A program made the position numbers and the translations under genes. The notes under the pieces are model-generated. The model saw only the letters and a list, made by a program, of their open reading frames with translations. It was not told the DNA's origin and did not search any database. A stretch of 64,000 nt of DNA, taken from contig NW_021833976.1 in assembly GCF_006345805.1 (NCBI RefSeq), positions 1 to 64,000 on the forward strand, written 5' to 3'. This document shows positions 52,101 through 64,000 of this stretch, piece by piece. The DNA is from Octopus sinensis. Lineage: Eukaryota. Within the stretch, counting starts at the first letter, position 1, and the number at the start of each line of letters is the position of its first letter.

Positions 52101-52481
52101 GGAGGTGCAATGGCCCAGTGGTTAGGGCAGCGGACTCGCGGTCGGAGGATCGCGGTGTCGATTCCCAGACCGGGCATTGTGAGTGTTTATTGAGCGAAAA
52201 CACCTAAAAAGCTCCACGACGCTCCGGCAGTGGGTGGTGGTGAACCCTGCTGTACTCTTTCACCACAACTTTCTCTCGCTCTTTCTTCCTGTTTCTCTTG
52301 TACCTGTATTTCAAAGGGCCAGCCTTGTCACACTCTGTGTCACGCTGAATCTCCTCGAGAACTACGTTAAGGGTACACGTGTCGGTGGAGTGCTCAGCCA
52401 CTTGCACGTTAATATCACGAGCAAGCTGTTCCGTTGATCGTATCAGCTGGGACCCTCATCGTCGCAACCAATGGAGTGCTC
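52101..52481 (+). mobile_element. SINE family C, tail type 1
   Basis: Aligns with 49273-49650. Confidence 0.92.
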
Positions 52482-52484
52482 CTA

Positions 52485-53040
52485 TCTATATTTAAGATAT
52501 GAGGAATTATGTACATTATTTACATTTGACGATATTTGTCCTCATCTTGTTTGTTGTTAACACATCGTTTCGGCTGATATACCCTCCAACCTTCATCAGG
52601 TGTCTTGGGGGAAATTTAGAACCTGGGTTCTCATTCCTGGGTGAAAACAAAAATATTTTGGAAATCTTTCCTTTAAAGGGGTATATTTTTCTTTCGGTAT
52701 AAGATTCAGGAACAATTGCATAATCACAAAATAATCTAGTGAAATATATCATAATTGATCCCACAGTTCTATATTTAAGGGAATAGAAATTATGTACATT
52801 ATTTACATTTGACGGATATTTGTCCTCATCTTGTTTGTTGTTAACACAACGTTTCGGCTGATATACCCTCCAACCTTCATCAGGTGTCTTGGGGAAATTT
52901 AGAAACTGGGTTCTCATTCCTGGGTGAAAACAAAAATATTTTGGAAATCTTTCCTTTAAAGGGGTATATTTTTCTTTCGGTATAAGATTCAGGAGCAATT
53001 GTATAATCACAAAATAATCTAGTGAAATATATCATAATTT
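52485..53040 (-). mobile_element. Family P tandem (284-bp period); Penelope-like terminal repeat or retrozyme candidate
   Basis: Two near-identical units, each with a hammerhead-like motif; the first unit's GATCCCACAGT start is displaced to 51838. Confidence 0.7.
52843..52890 (-). ncRNA. Minimal type I hammerhead ribozyme motif
   Basis: AAGACAC CTGATGA A GGTTG-GAGGGTATAT-CAGCC GAA ACGT T GTGTT: intact core, stems I and II, palindromic stem III, GUU site at 52848/52847. Confidence 0.7.
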
Positions 53041-53049
53041 TATAAGGGA

Positions 53050-53449
53050 CTGGCAGTATCGCCCGGCGTTGCTCGGGTTTGTAAGGGAAATAACTATATA
53101 AGCATTTTTAGAGAGTTATAGCCAAAAAATAGCAAAAAAATGCATTAAAAATGGAAAAAAAAATGATGGTAAATTTCTTTTTAAATCGTTGACTCATCGT
53201 AGACATTTTTAGAGAGTTACTTCCCTTATATAATAGCGAAAAAATGCATTAAAATGGAAAAAATTATGGTAATTTTTTTTAAAATCGTAGACTCATCGTA
53301 GACGCGCGCTAATACCCAGAAGGGCTCGATATGAATCACGACTATAAGATACCCGGTTTTGGTTAAACTGCACCGCAAAATGTGGGAGTAGTTAGGAATC
53401 TAAATCGTAGGAGACAGACAGCACACAACCTCACTTTTATATATAAAGA
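53050..53449 (-). mobile_element. Non-autonomous Helitron
   Basis: Reverse complement of the 6563-7066 family; CTAG end carries one substitution. Confidence 0.85.
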
Positions 53450-53705
53450 TGTCATCATGGAGTGAACAAATGTTAAGCATATTATTGTTACGCTTAGTGG
53501 GGGAAATGGTATTGTTACTAATTGATTGTTTCTTGATGGGGAGTTTAGTCTGCCGCAACAAAAAAAAACAGTTTTCGTTTTAAAAAGGAATTAAGGTCAC
53601 TTTCCGTTTATAGCAAGAAGAAAAGAAAATGAAGGTTTTTAAATTTCTAATTTCGTAAGAACTGACATTTTAACAGAAAGGAGTGATAAACCATATAATC
53701 TTTCT

Positions 53706-53934
53706 GCGAGCTGGCAGAAACGTTAGAGCGCCGGGCGAAATGCGTAGTCGTTTTTCGTCTGCCGTTACGTTCTGAGTTCAAATTCCGCCGAGATCGACTT
53801 TGCCTTTAATCCTTTCGCGGTCGATAAATTAAGTACCAGTTACGCACTGGGGTCGATGTAATCAACTTAATCCCTTTGTCAGTCCTTGTTTGTCCCCTCT
53901 ATGTTTAGCCCCTTGTGGGTAGTAAAGAGATATA
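53706..53934 (+). mobile_element. SINE family B, 14-bp TSD
   Basis: CATATAATCTTTCT at 53692-53705 and 53935-53948. Confidence 0.92.
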
Positions 53935-54559
53935 CATATAATCTTTCTACCCAAGTCTACCCATTTCTAAACTTAGATAAACTTAGATATGTTTCGACCA
54001 AAGATCGGTCCAGGCTATGTGTAACTTAATAGCACCAGCTGATAGGATTATCTAAATCTTGCTTAAGTCGAGTATTGTTTATATTCCATTGAAGTAGTGA
54101 GTTCTTGTTGAGTCAGTTGTAACAAGGTATGGCTGGCTTATCCAGTATTCCTTGTAGAAATCTGTCCAGACTCCGTTTAAAGGTGACGAGATCCTTTTCC
54201 TCTTTGATTTCTTTCGGGACAATGTTAGACAGGGCAGGGCCTGTTGAGGAAAAGAAGTTATATATAAAAACGTATAATGTATTTCATTTTGATTGTGAAA
54301 GCTATATTGTGTAACGTATTTTTATAAAGATAAGCAGCGACTATATTGACGTTATGAGATTATTAGTTATAGAGACAAGGTAACTTAATATCATAGGATG
54401 ATAATTGGATAGGCTGAGTTACTGTCAATATTTACATTTTAAGTAAAGAGATAACAAATGTATGGTATTTAGATAATTTTCTTCAAATGTATTTATAAAA
54501 TTATTTTCAAATATATCTGACTCATGAATGTTAAAGGAACATATCTTTTGGGGTGCAAA

Positions 54560-55430
54560 ATACGAGAAATTTGGATAACGATTTATTGAGGTAGCTTGGC
54601 TTCATGCTCTTAATTAATGGGGCTAGAGTCATTCCAGGTTGCTTGTGCAGGGGCGACATCGTGCGTAGAACCGACCAGGTTCACCAGGGTTCTCCATGGA
54701 TGGCGGTCTTGTGCCAGCCCTTCGGTATCCTCGGAGGTGACGTCGTGCTTCTGGAGGTGTCTCCAATGACGTCCTGCCGTCTGGTGTGGGGATTGCCTTA
54801 AGGCGTCTTCCAGCCCACAACTACTAAGTCGAATGGGAGAATCCGTGTAAAATGTATTTCTTTACTACCCACAAGGGGCTAAACACAGAGGGGACAAACA
54901 AGGACAGACAAACAGATTAAGTCAATTACATCGACCCCAGTGCGTAACTGGTACTTTATTTATCGATCCCGAAAGGATGAAAGGCAAAGTCGACCGCAGC
55001 GGAATTTGAACTCAGAACGTAACGGCAGACGAGATACGGATACGCATTTCGCCCGGCGTGCTAACGTTTCTGCCAGTTCGCCGCATTGTAAAATGATCTA
55101 GCGGGAAACGCGCAAACGATGGATAGCTATGGGTTGGGAAGTTGCAGCTGATACGTCCTTGGTCTCTGTTCTTTGTTGGAAACATGACATCATCCAATAT
55201 TTCCGATGGCTTTCAGGACTCTACAATCGAAACCATCGATACTCTTCGCCGGGGTCTTTGAGAGGGGCGACCTTTCTGCAACATACAGGAGAATGGAAAG
55301 GATCGATACACTGTAGGTGCGAAGTTTTGTCTTCCGAAATATAGCGGAGGGGCACCAGTGAGACTTCCATAGGGAGCACATGAATCACGTCGGCCAGTCA
55401 CAGGTTCAGTTCGTCTCCGGGAGCAGTACA
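54560..55430 (-). mobile_element. Decayed RTE-clade LINE ORF C-terminus, interrupted by a SINE-B
   Basis: RKTKLRTYSVSILSILLYVAE..IDGFDCRVLKAI, HVSN, GWK.P, LAQDRHPWRTLVNLVGST read across frameshifts. Confidence 0.8.
54855..55086 (-). mobile_element. SINE family B, 9-bp TSD
   Basis: TGTAAAATG at 54846-54854 and 55087-55095. Confidence 0.93.
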
Positions 55431-55770
55431 TTGTTTTAACATTCTGAATAAAAAGTAGTTGTCAGCTACTTCATTTACGTCTTATTGGGAAGGACACAAA
55501 TATTGATTCTCGTCATATCCCTTAATTCTGAAGATCTTGACTATGCTTATTAGCACAGTTTAGCAGGAAATGCATCATTTATAATATTGTTGCTACTTGC
55601 TCTACCTCAGATCTATACAGACGTAAGCCGTTGGTTCATTGTTGTTAAGCGTTGAGTCCCTACACTGAGCAATTGTCGGCTTTATGATATCACCATAGTA
55701 GGAATGCACACGCATATCACACAAGTCACACACACAAACACACACATATATATATATGTATGTAACTATG

Positions 55771-55836
<66 letters not shown>

Positions 55837-55841
<5 letters not shown>

Positions 55842-56060
55842 CTTTACTACCCACAAGGGGCTAAACACAGAGGGGACAAACAAGGACAGACAACGGATGA
55901 AGTCGATTACATCGACCCCAGTGCGTGACTGGTAATTTATTTATCGACCCGGAGGGATGGAAGGCAAAGTCGACCTCGGCGGAATTTGAACTCAGAACGT
56001 AACGGCAGACGAAATACGGCTACGCATTTCGCCCGACGTGCTAACGATTCTGCCAGCTCA
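55837..56060 (-). mobile_element. SINE family B
   Basis: Reverse complement match between (TA)n and (CA)n. Confidence 0.9.
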
Positions 56061-56104
56061 CACACAACACACACACACGCATATATATATATATATATAT
56101 AATT

Positions 56105-58665
56105 TAACAATTGAGGGCCAAATTAATTAATTATTAATCAATTTCACCAAGTGTTCAGTATGCAAAGGGACCATTCAAGGCGAATTAAATTATTACATTA
56201 TATAAAAGGGCTAGTAAATAAATTACTTTGCCGCATACTGAACAATTAGAAATAGCAGCTAAAAAACTTTTTTAGGCTATTTCTAAACTTAAAGAAAATC
56301 TCTCTCATATATAGTGTTGCATAATTTAACTCACAAAAGTTGGGGTAATGACATCGAAAAATCAAATGCTAAGGTTATTCGAGAACGTACGTTCAAGATT
56401 AGTCAAAACAACATTTCTATCATCGGCTCGGAAATTCTTGGTTTGGATTGGAAATACTGAATAAGAACATACCCTCTCGAAGATCTGCTCCCAACTAACA
56501 GTGTCAACAAATTCAAAATAAGCAAGCGAAGAATCTCTGTTCTCCTTTCCACCAGCGTGGTTAAATCATCAAACTCTATGCTTATTTCGGTAAAGTCCGA
56601 AGCATTAATCAGAGGGAGATTAATTATAATTTCAACAATTGAGGGCAAAAGAATTAAATTATATCAATTCACCAAGTGTTCAGTATGCAAAGGGCCATTC
56701 AAGGCGAATTCAAATTATTACATTATATAAAAGGGCTTAGTAAAATAAATTACTTTGCCGCATATGAACTCATTAGAAATAGCAGCTAAAAAACTTTTTT
56801 AAGGCTATTTAATACTTAAGAAAATCTCTATATATATAGTGTTTGCATAATTAATCACAAAAGTTTGGGGTAATGACATCGAAAAATAATGCTAAGGTTA
56901 TTCGAGAACGTAGTTTCAGATTAGTCAAAACAACATTCTATCATCGGCTCGGAACATTCTTGGTTTGGATTGGAAATACTGAAAATAAGAACATACCCTC
57001 TCGAAGATTGCTCCCAACTAACAGTGTCAACCAATTCAAAATAAGCAAGCGAAGAATCTCTGTTCTCCCCTTTCCACCAGCGTGGGTTAACATCATCAAA
57101 ATCTATGCTTATTCGGTAAAGTCCGAAGCATTAATCAGAGGGAGATAATTATAATTTCAACAATTGCGGGCAAAATTAATTAATTATTAATCAATTTCAC
57201 CAAGGGTTCAGTATGCAAAGGGACCATTCAAGGCGAATTCAAATTATTAATTTATAAAAGGGCTTAGTAAAATAATTACTTTGCGCATACGAACTCATTA
57301 GAAATAGCAGATCTTCGAGAGGGTATGTTCTTATTTTCAGTATTTCCAAATCCAAACCAAGGAATTTCCGAGCCGATGATAGAAATGTTGTTTTGGACTA
57401 ATCTTGAAACGTACGTTCTCGAATACTTAGCATTTGATTTTTGCGATGTCATTCCCCCAAACTTTGTGAGTTAATTATGCAACACTATATAGAGAGATTT
57501 TCTTTAAGTATTAGAAATAGCCTTAAAAGTTTTTTAGCTGCTATTTCTAATGATTCAGTATGCGGCAAAGTAATTATTTTACTAGCCCTTTTATATAATG
57601 TAATAATTTGATTCGCCTTGAATGGCCCTTTGCATACTGAACACTTGGTGAAATTGATTATAATTAATTAATTTTGCCCTCAATTGTTGAAATTAAATTA
57701 ATCTCCCTCTGATTAATGCTTCGGACTTTACCGAAATAAGCATAGAGTTTGATGATGTTTAACCCACGCTGGTGGAAAGGGGAGAACAGAGATTCTTCGC
57801 TTGCTTATTTTGAATTTGTTGACACTGTTAGTTGGGAGCAGATCTTCGAGAGGGTATGTTCTTATTTTCAGTATTTCCAATCCAAACCAAGGAATTTCCG
57901 AGCCGATGATAGAAATGTTGTTTTGACTAATCTTGAAACGTACGTTTCGAATAACCTTAGCATTTGATTTTTCGATGTCATTACCCCCAAACTTTGTGAG
58001 TTAAATTATTGCAAACACTATATATGAGAGAGATTTTCTTAAGTATTAGAAATAGCCTTAAAAAAGTTTTTTGCTGCTATTTCTAATGAGTTCAGTTGCG
58101 GCAAAGTATTTATTTTACTAAGCCCTTTTATATAATGTAATAATTTGAATTCGCCTTGAATGGTCCCTTTGCATACTGAACACTTGGTGAAATTGATTAA
58201 TAATTAATTAATTTTGCCCTCAATTGTTGAAATTATAATTAATCTCCCTCTGATTAATGCTTCGGACTTTACCGAAATAAGCATAGAGTTTGATGATGTT
58301 ACCCAGCTGGTGGAAAGGGGAGAACAGAGATTCTTCGCTTGCTTATTTTGAATTTGTTGACACTGTTAGTTGGGAGCAGACTTCGAGAGGGTATGTTCTT
58401 ATTTTCAGTATTTCCAATCCAACCAAGGAATTTCCGAGCCGATGATAGAAATGTTTTTTGACTTCTTGAAACGTACGTTCTCGAATAACCTTAGCATTTG
58501 ATTTTTCGATGTCATTACCCCCCCAACTTTTGTGAGTTATATGCAAACCTATATATGAGAGAGATTTTCTTTAAGTATTAGAAATAGCCTTAAAAAAGTT
58601 TTTTAGCTGCTATTTCTAATGAGTTCAGTATGGGCAAAGTAATTTTTTTACTAAGCCTTTTATAT
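56105..58665. repeat. Family R: ~540-bp units, about 2.3 forward then about 2.5 inverted
   Basis: Forward unit starts near 56108, 56637, 57160; orientation switches at AGCAG 57306-57310; GATCTTCGAGAGGG-type motif recurs at 57310, 57841, 58381; (TA)n on both sides. Confidence 0.93.
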
Positions 58666-58670
58666 AATAT

Positions 58671-58880
<210 letters not shown>

Positions 58881-59934
58881 TATATATGTATATATATATA
58901 CGATATGCCGACATCCACATTCATACTGCGCGTGCTCAGTCATCCATTTCTTCAATCCAGAGGGATTTGACACACACTCAAATATTCTAAATAGATACTC
59001 AACGCACGAAAGAAGAGAGAGATTTACACACGAGCATCGATTACTGAAACTTCTCACCACACACGCATATCACCACAAATTATAAGAGACGGCGGCGTCG
59101 AATGTGTGCAACATGAACAAACTCTTCCCTGCGTATTTAATCTGTAGCATACTGTTATTCCTCAATTGAACATCGACACTAATCGCGTAGACCTATCTTG
59201 AAGGATATTCCAGGTATGACCAAATCATCGGTGTTTCGTGTGCAAAGAACACAGAAACACATTATGCAACCTTATTCTCTTTTTTTTTCTAAATACTGGA
59301 AAAGTAATAAAACAGAGAATTAGCGATTTTGTTTCTGCCTCGAGCAACGACACACCTGAGCATAGATACGAGCAAATATTTCGTATGCATAGTATGTGGA
59401 TGCTGTCTATGCATTTGTGAGAGTTCGTAAATATTTGCATATATTTGTGTGTGTATTATGGTGTGTTGTGCTGTGTGTGTATGTGCGTGTGATTTATGGC
59501 GTATTACCACAGATTATAACTTGTCAAAGTCATTCTGCTTTTTGTCCTATAATATGAATAGAGATTATGAATATTTGATAAAATAAACGTGATGATACAT
59601 TTACTGTGTATGAAGTAATGAAGACAAATATGTACTTTAGTAGCGTGAGGATTAGTGGGGAGGATATTTATAGTGACATTATAGTAATAATGTTAGTAAT
59701 AGTAGTAGTGGTATAGCGGAGAAGTCTAATTAAGTATAGGAATAATACTTTGATGGATATGTAATGGTAAACATCTATACGGTGGCAGTGGATGGTGGTT
59801 GTTCGTCGTAGCCGTCGTTGCCGTCGTGCTGGTGTTGCTAGTGGTGGTGGTAGTGATGGTGGTGCTGGCAAGCTTTGGGGATGGGTCCTGTTTCTGTTGG
59901 TGTTAGTGATTTCTCTATTGTTGTTATTATGTAA

Positions 59935-60339
59935 ACTCTTTTACTTGTTTCAGTCATTTGACCGCGGCCATGCTGGAGCACCGCCTTTAGTCGAGCAAAT
60001 CGACCCCGGGACTTATTCTTTGTAAGCCCAGTACTTATTCTATCGGTCTCTTTTGCCGAACCGCTAAGTGACGGTGACATAAACACACCAGCATCGGTTG
60101 TCAAGCAATGCTAGGGGGACAAACACAGACACAAGCATATACACACACACTTATATATGCATATATACATATATACGATGGGCTTCTTTCAGTTTCCGGC
60201 TACCAAATCCACTCACAAGTCATTGGTCGGCCCGAGGCTATAGTAGAAGACACTCACCCAAGGTGCCACGCAGTGGGACTGAATCCGGAACCATGTGGTT
60301 GGTAAGCCAGCTACTTACCACACAGCCACTCCTGCGCCT
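59935..60339 (-). mobile_element. SINE family A
   Basis: Reverse complement match over the full length. Confidence 0.9.
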
Positions 60340-61029
60340 ATGTATGATCATAGTTTTGAATTTTTGAAACGCCATGCTGATTTTGGTGAAGGCCGTGTTG
60401 ATGTTAGTATGGTGGTAGTGTTTATGTGGGTAAAATGGCATGTAACTGCCTCATTGGTGATATTTCAGCGTTTACTAAGAGTCTTTTGCACACATTCTGG
60501 TTAGTGCATCTCGTGTGCAATGCTTTGACTTGGATAAATCGTTAACATTATGACTGAATAATCGAAAAAATAAACGTGAATCGTAACTTGAATTTAAGTG
60601 TTATTTCAGCAATACAGCTAAATCTGAACGACAGATTGCCGTAAAAGAAATGGACACATGTCTAGGTGACATGTGGGACGGCTTCAATGGGGATATGTTA
60701 ACACAGATCTCTGTAATTGTTGCGGAAATGTTCCGGTGGAAGTTTTTAATCATATTGTGTCCACGTTTACTCCATCCACGCAACTATTATGTTCTTCAAG
60801 AAAAATTATGAATGAGAAGTGATGCTGATTTGGAGTTTAATTTTTTGTAGATGAAGGCACAGAGTAGAACCTTTCCCATTGGTCATTTCGTGAAATTGAA
60901 TTTAAAAACAATAATTATTTCAGAAAACTATGAGACGCGATGAATTCAGTATTAGATGAGAAATAGATAATTATTGTTGCTTCGAGAATATCAGAAATAA
61001 ACGCAGAGAACTTACTACGATAGCCAAAT

Positions 61030-61235
61030 ATGGATTTAAAAATCCGATACAAGGCCAGTATTTTCAGGGGAGGGAGGGGTAAGTCGATTAAATCAACTCC
61101 CGTGTTCAGCTGGTACTTATTTTATCGGCCGCAAAGGGTTCAAAGATATTGTCTACCTAGGCCAAATGTGAACTCAGATCGTAATGACGGACAAAACACC
61201 GTCCAATGTGCTGACGACTCTGGTAGCTCCCCACT
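61030..61235 (-). mobile_element. Diverged SINE-B-related copy
   Basis: AAGTCGATTAAATCAAC...CTGGTACTTATTTTATCG...TGAACTCAGA; resembles the variant at 19790-19940. Confidence 0.6.
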
Positions 61236-62095
61236 CTACGATAGCAAAATATTGAAGAATCATTATGAGCCCTGCAAAAATAAATGTATTTGTCACTGAC
61301 GTCGAAGCTACAAAGCTAACTGAATTGATTTCAGATAGAAAATTAATGATTCGTGATTCTAATAAAGAGACTTGTTTCAGTGAGAAATACGGCATATTGG
61401 TTTTTGAGAACGCATTGACAATACTAGGAAATTGACGTCAATTTGCGGGCTTAGCATAATGCAGATTTAAATTGTATAATGTAAAAGTTACAATGTAAAT
61501 TAAATAGGATTTGCGTGTTTTGAAGTGAGGCGATTTAATCAGGTTATATTTAAACTAAATTCATAGAAATAAACCACTTACTGGAAATTCGTCAGTAATT
61601 TGACAGCGATCACATGATCTGATATGGTATAAGTACTTTTTGCTTAAACGAACTCAGAGTGAAGTTACAGTTCATAGCAGAAGTTAACAGAAAGTCGTCG
61701 CATTAATGAGAATATCGGTAACTGTGAATTGTAAAATAAATTAGCAAAAAGTAAATTTCATACGTTCCAGTAGACGAATAATGAAACGAGCTAACAATTT
61801 CTTTTCGCTTCGGTTGCTACATACTACTTGAAAGACAGCAGTAAATTGAACGATTGCACGACCAAAAAATAATCGTAATTTTGAAATAAATTATGACAAG
61901 TGATCTCTGTTGATATTGTCATATGCTGCGGAATTACTAATATCTCACAAATATATATATAGGTCATTGAATGTGTAGCGACGTAGCAAATTTGTCATTA
62001 CAAATATATTCGAAGGTAATAGCTGCAACACAAAAATTTAAAAGCTCATATAAATCTTAAATTCTAAAAAAATATATCAATATATTATAGATATA

Positions 62096-62506
62096 GGCGC
62101 AGGGGTGGCTGTGTGGTAAGTAGCTTGCTAACCAACCACATGGTTCCGGGTTCAGTCCCACTGCGTGGCATCTTGGGCAAGTGTCTTCTGCTATAGCCCC
62201 GGGCCGACCAATGCCTTGTGAGTGGATTTGGTAGACGGAAACTGCAAGAAGCCTGTCGTATATATGTATATATATGTATGTGTGTGTGTTTGTGTGTCTG
62301 TGTTTGTTCCCCTAGCATTGCTTGACAACCGATGCTGGTGTGTTTACGTCCCCGTCACTTAGCGGTTCGGCAAAAAGAGACCGATAGAATAAGTATTGGG
62401 CTTACAAAAAGAATGAGTCCCGGGGTCGAGTTGCTCGACTAAAAGGCGGTGCTCCAGCATGGCCGCAGTCAAAATGACTGAAACAAGTAAAAGAAAGAAA
62501 GAAAGA
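62096..62506 (+). mobile_element. SINE family A, full length
   Basis: Head through (AAAG)n tail. Confidence 0.9.
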
Positions 62507-63157
62507 ATACAATATAACGGCAACCACAAATACATAAATATATCCAGGCGATAGTTGCAAGGGTTGCAATTGAACACGGCTGAAAAGGAAAGATAAAACC
62601 CAGTGGAATGGGAATGATGCCAGCATGGACTTGAATAGGCATACTAGTCAGTCGATAGAATAATTGTGGTTTCACATCAGTGGGGAGACTAGAGCGTCGA
62701 AGTGTCGTCAAGAGGCAGGCCCCGAAACGCTGCATATTCTCTCCTTAGGACTCCTGAAACCTGCACTCGGGAGTTTTCGACTTACTGCAGAGGTTTCAAT
62801 GCACTGCACTTGCACTATGCATAGTATTATTATTATTATTGTTGTTGTTGTTATCATTATTACTATTATTATTATTATTATTATATTATTATTATTATTA
62901 TTATTATTGAGTGAGAGAGCAGTTCATGCCATCAAAGTGACACTGGGGTAAAATATACGAAGCCCAATATACCCATCATGACTACCCGTCTGATAAAGGT
63001 ACACCAGGCACATGCATCACAACCATATGTGCGCGACATGGTGATCTCATATCAAGATAAACAGCGCATGAATTTGCAGGTGGGGCCCAGTTAGAATTTT
63101 CTTCAGGTCGAGTAGCCCATCCCGCTCAAAAGGTCCCTGAATAAGGGTTGTTTAAGG

Positions 63158-63229
<72 letters not shown>

Positions 63230-63526
63230 GTAACATATAGTATAATTATAAACAGGGCAAAAAATGAACAACCATGATCGATGTTCGAACCTTACTGGGT
63301 TTTCATCAGAGATGCCTACATTATCCTGAAATGCTTTTGAGTTGCGTGTATTTACTATATATACATAATTGAGTTGAAAACTGTCTTATGACATTTCACT
63401 TAACGTCTATGTCCACTGCTCGCATGGATTCGAGAGTTATTAATGTAGAAATTTGGTATCTCAGCTACTAGCATTTGAAACCCACGGAATCTAGAAGGTG
63501 TTTTTAAATTTCATTATTGTCTTTAA

Positions 63527-63554
63527 CCCGAGCAACGCCGGGTATTTCTGCTAG
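63527..63554 (+). mobile_element. Helitron 3' terminus
   Basis: CCCGAGCAACGCCGGG + TATTTCTG + CTAG|T; 5' end not located. Confidence 0.65.
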
Positions 63555-63906
63555 TATGGTATAATTATAAACCGTGCAAATTTTAAAGCCATTTGTCTGT
63601 AGACTGAAAAAAATGATGAACAATCTTAATCGATTTTCAAATCTTATTGGGTACTCTTCAGAGGCGGCTGCATCATTCTGACAGTCACCAGAGAATCAAA
63701 CAGCTAAACTGTTCATATACTCGACAAATGCAGCAGTTTCTCTATGAAAGAGTCCTTAATTTGCATAACGAAAGTGTTTAGCACTCTATAAATACCAATC
63801 GGCCTTTCAACGGAGATGTTAGTCCACACAGTATCATGGTATGATATAATAAATATGTAACATGTCGTATAATTATGGCAAGTTTTTAGCCATTTCTGCG
63901 CAAGGC

Positions 63907-64000
63907 AGCGAACTGGTAGAATCATTAGCACGGCGGGCGAAGTGCTTTGCGATATTTCGCCCGTTACTACATTCTGAGTTCAAACTCTGCCAACGTCTAT
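63907..64000 (+). mobile_element. Diverged SINE-B-related head, cut by the window end
   Basis: GGCAGCGAACTGGTAGAATCATTAGCAC...GAGTTCAAAC. Confidence 0.7.

Noticed and set aside
62695-62745. GAGGCAGGCCCCGAAACGCTGCA as a hammerhead
   Set aside because: The upstream core reads TCGTCAA and there is no NUH site; single copy.
62910-63157. ~245-bp island between two (ATT)n runs as a retroposon
   Set aside because: It looks like an (AAT)n-tailed - strand element, but it has one copy in the window and no recognisable head or ORF, so it is not supportable from this sequence alone.

Overview
AT-rich eukaryotic intronic/intergenic DNA, very probably from an octopus or other cephalopod. This is inferred from the tRNA-derived SINE set and the (TA)n/(CA)n/(GATA)n load. 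I found no intact protein-coding gene, rRNA, true tRNA or CRISPR array, and nearly all listed ORFs are translated microsatellites or SINEs. The window holds four tRNA-head SINE families (about 12 copies of family A, about 11 single copies of family B, 5 of family C, 1 of family D) that exchange modules. It also holds a 5.4-kb concatemer of SINE-B bodies, decayed L1/Tx1 and RTE LINE fragments, three non-autonomous Helitrons, Tc1/mariner ends and a TIR element carrying telomere-type repeats. The main result of the hunt is that five short repeat families carry a minimal type I hammerhead-ribozyme-like motif with a palindromic stem III, read by eye. Most sit next to (TA)n runs and several are arranged as tandems or fold-backs. 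This matches Penelope-like element ends or non-LTR retrozymes; the best case is a 284-nt tandem at 52.5-53.0 kb. One 48-nt exon-like segment and one promoter/first-exon-like island hint at a + strand host gene. Frequent 1-nt indels between near-identical repeat copies suggest a noisy long-read consensus, so some duplications and inversions could be assembly artefacts. All alignments, folds and translations were done by eye.
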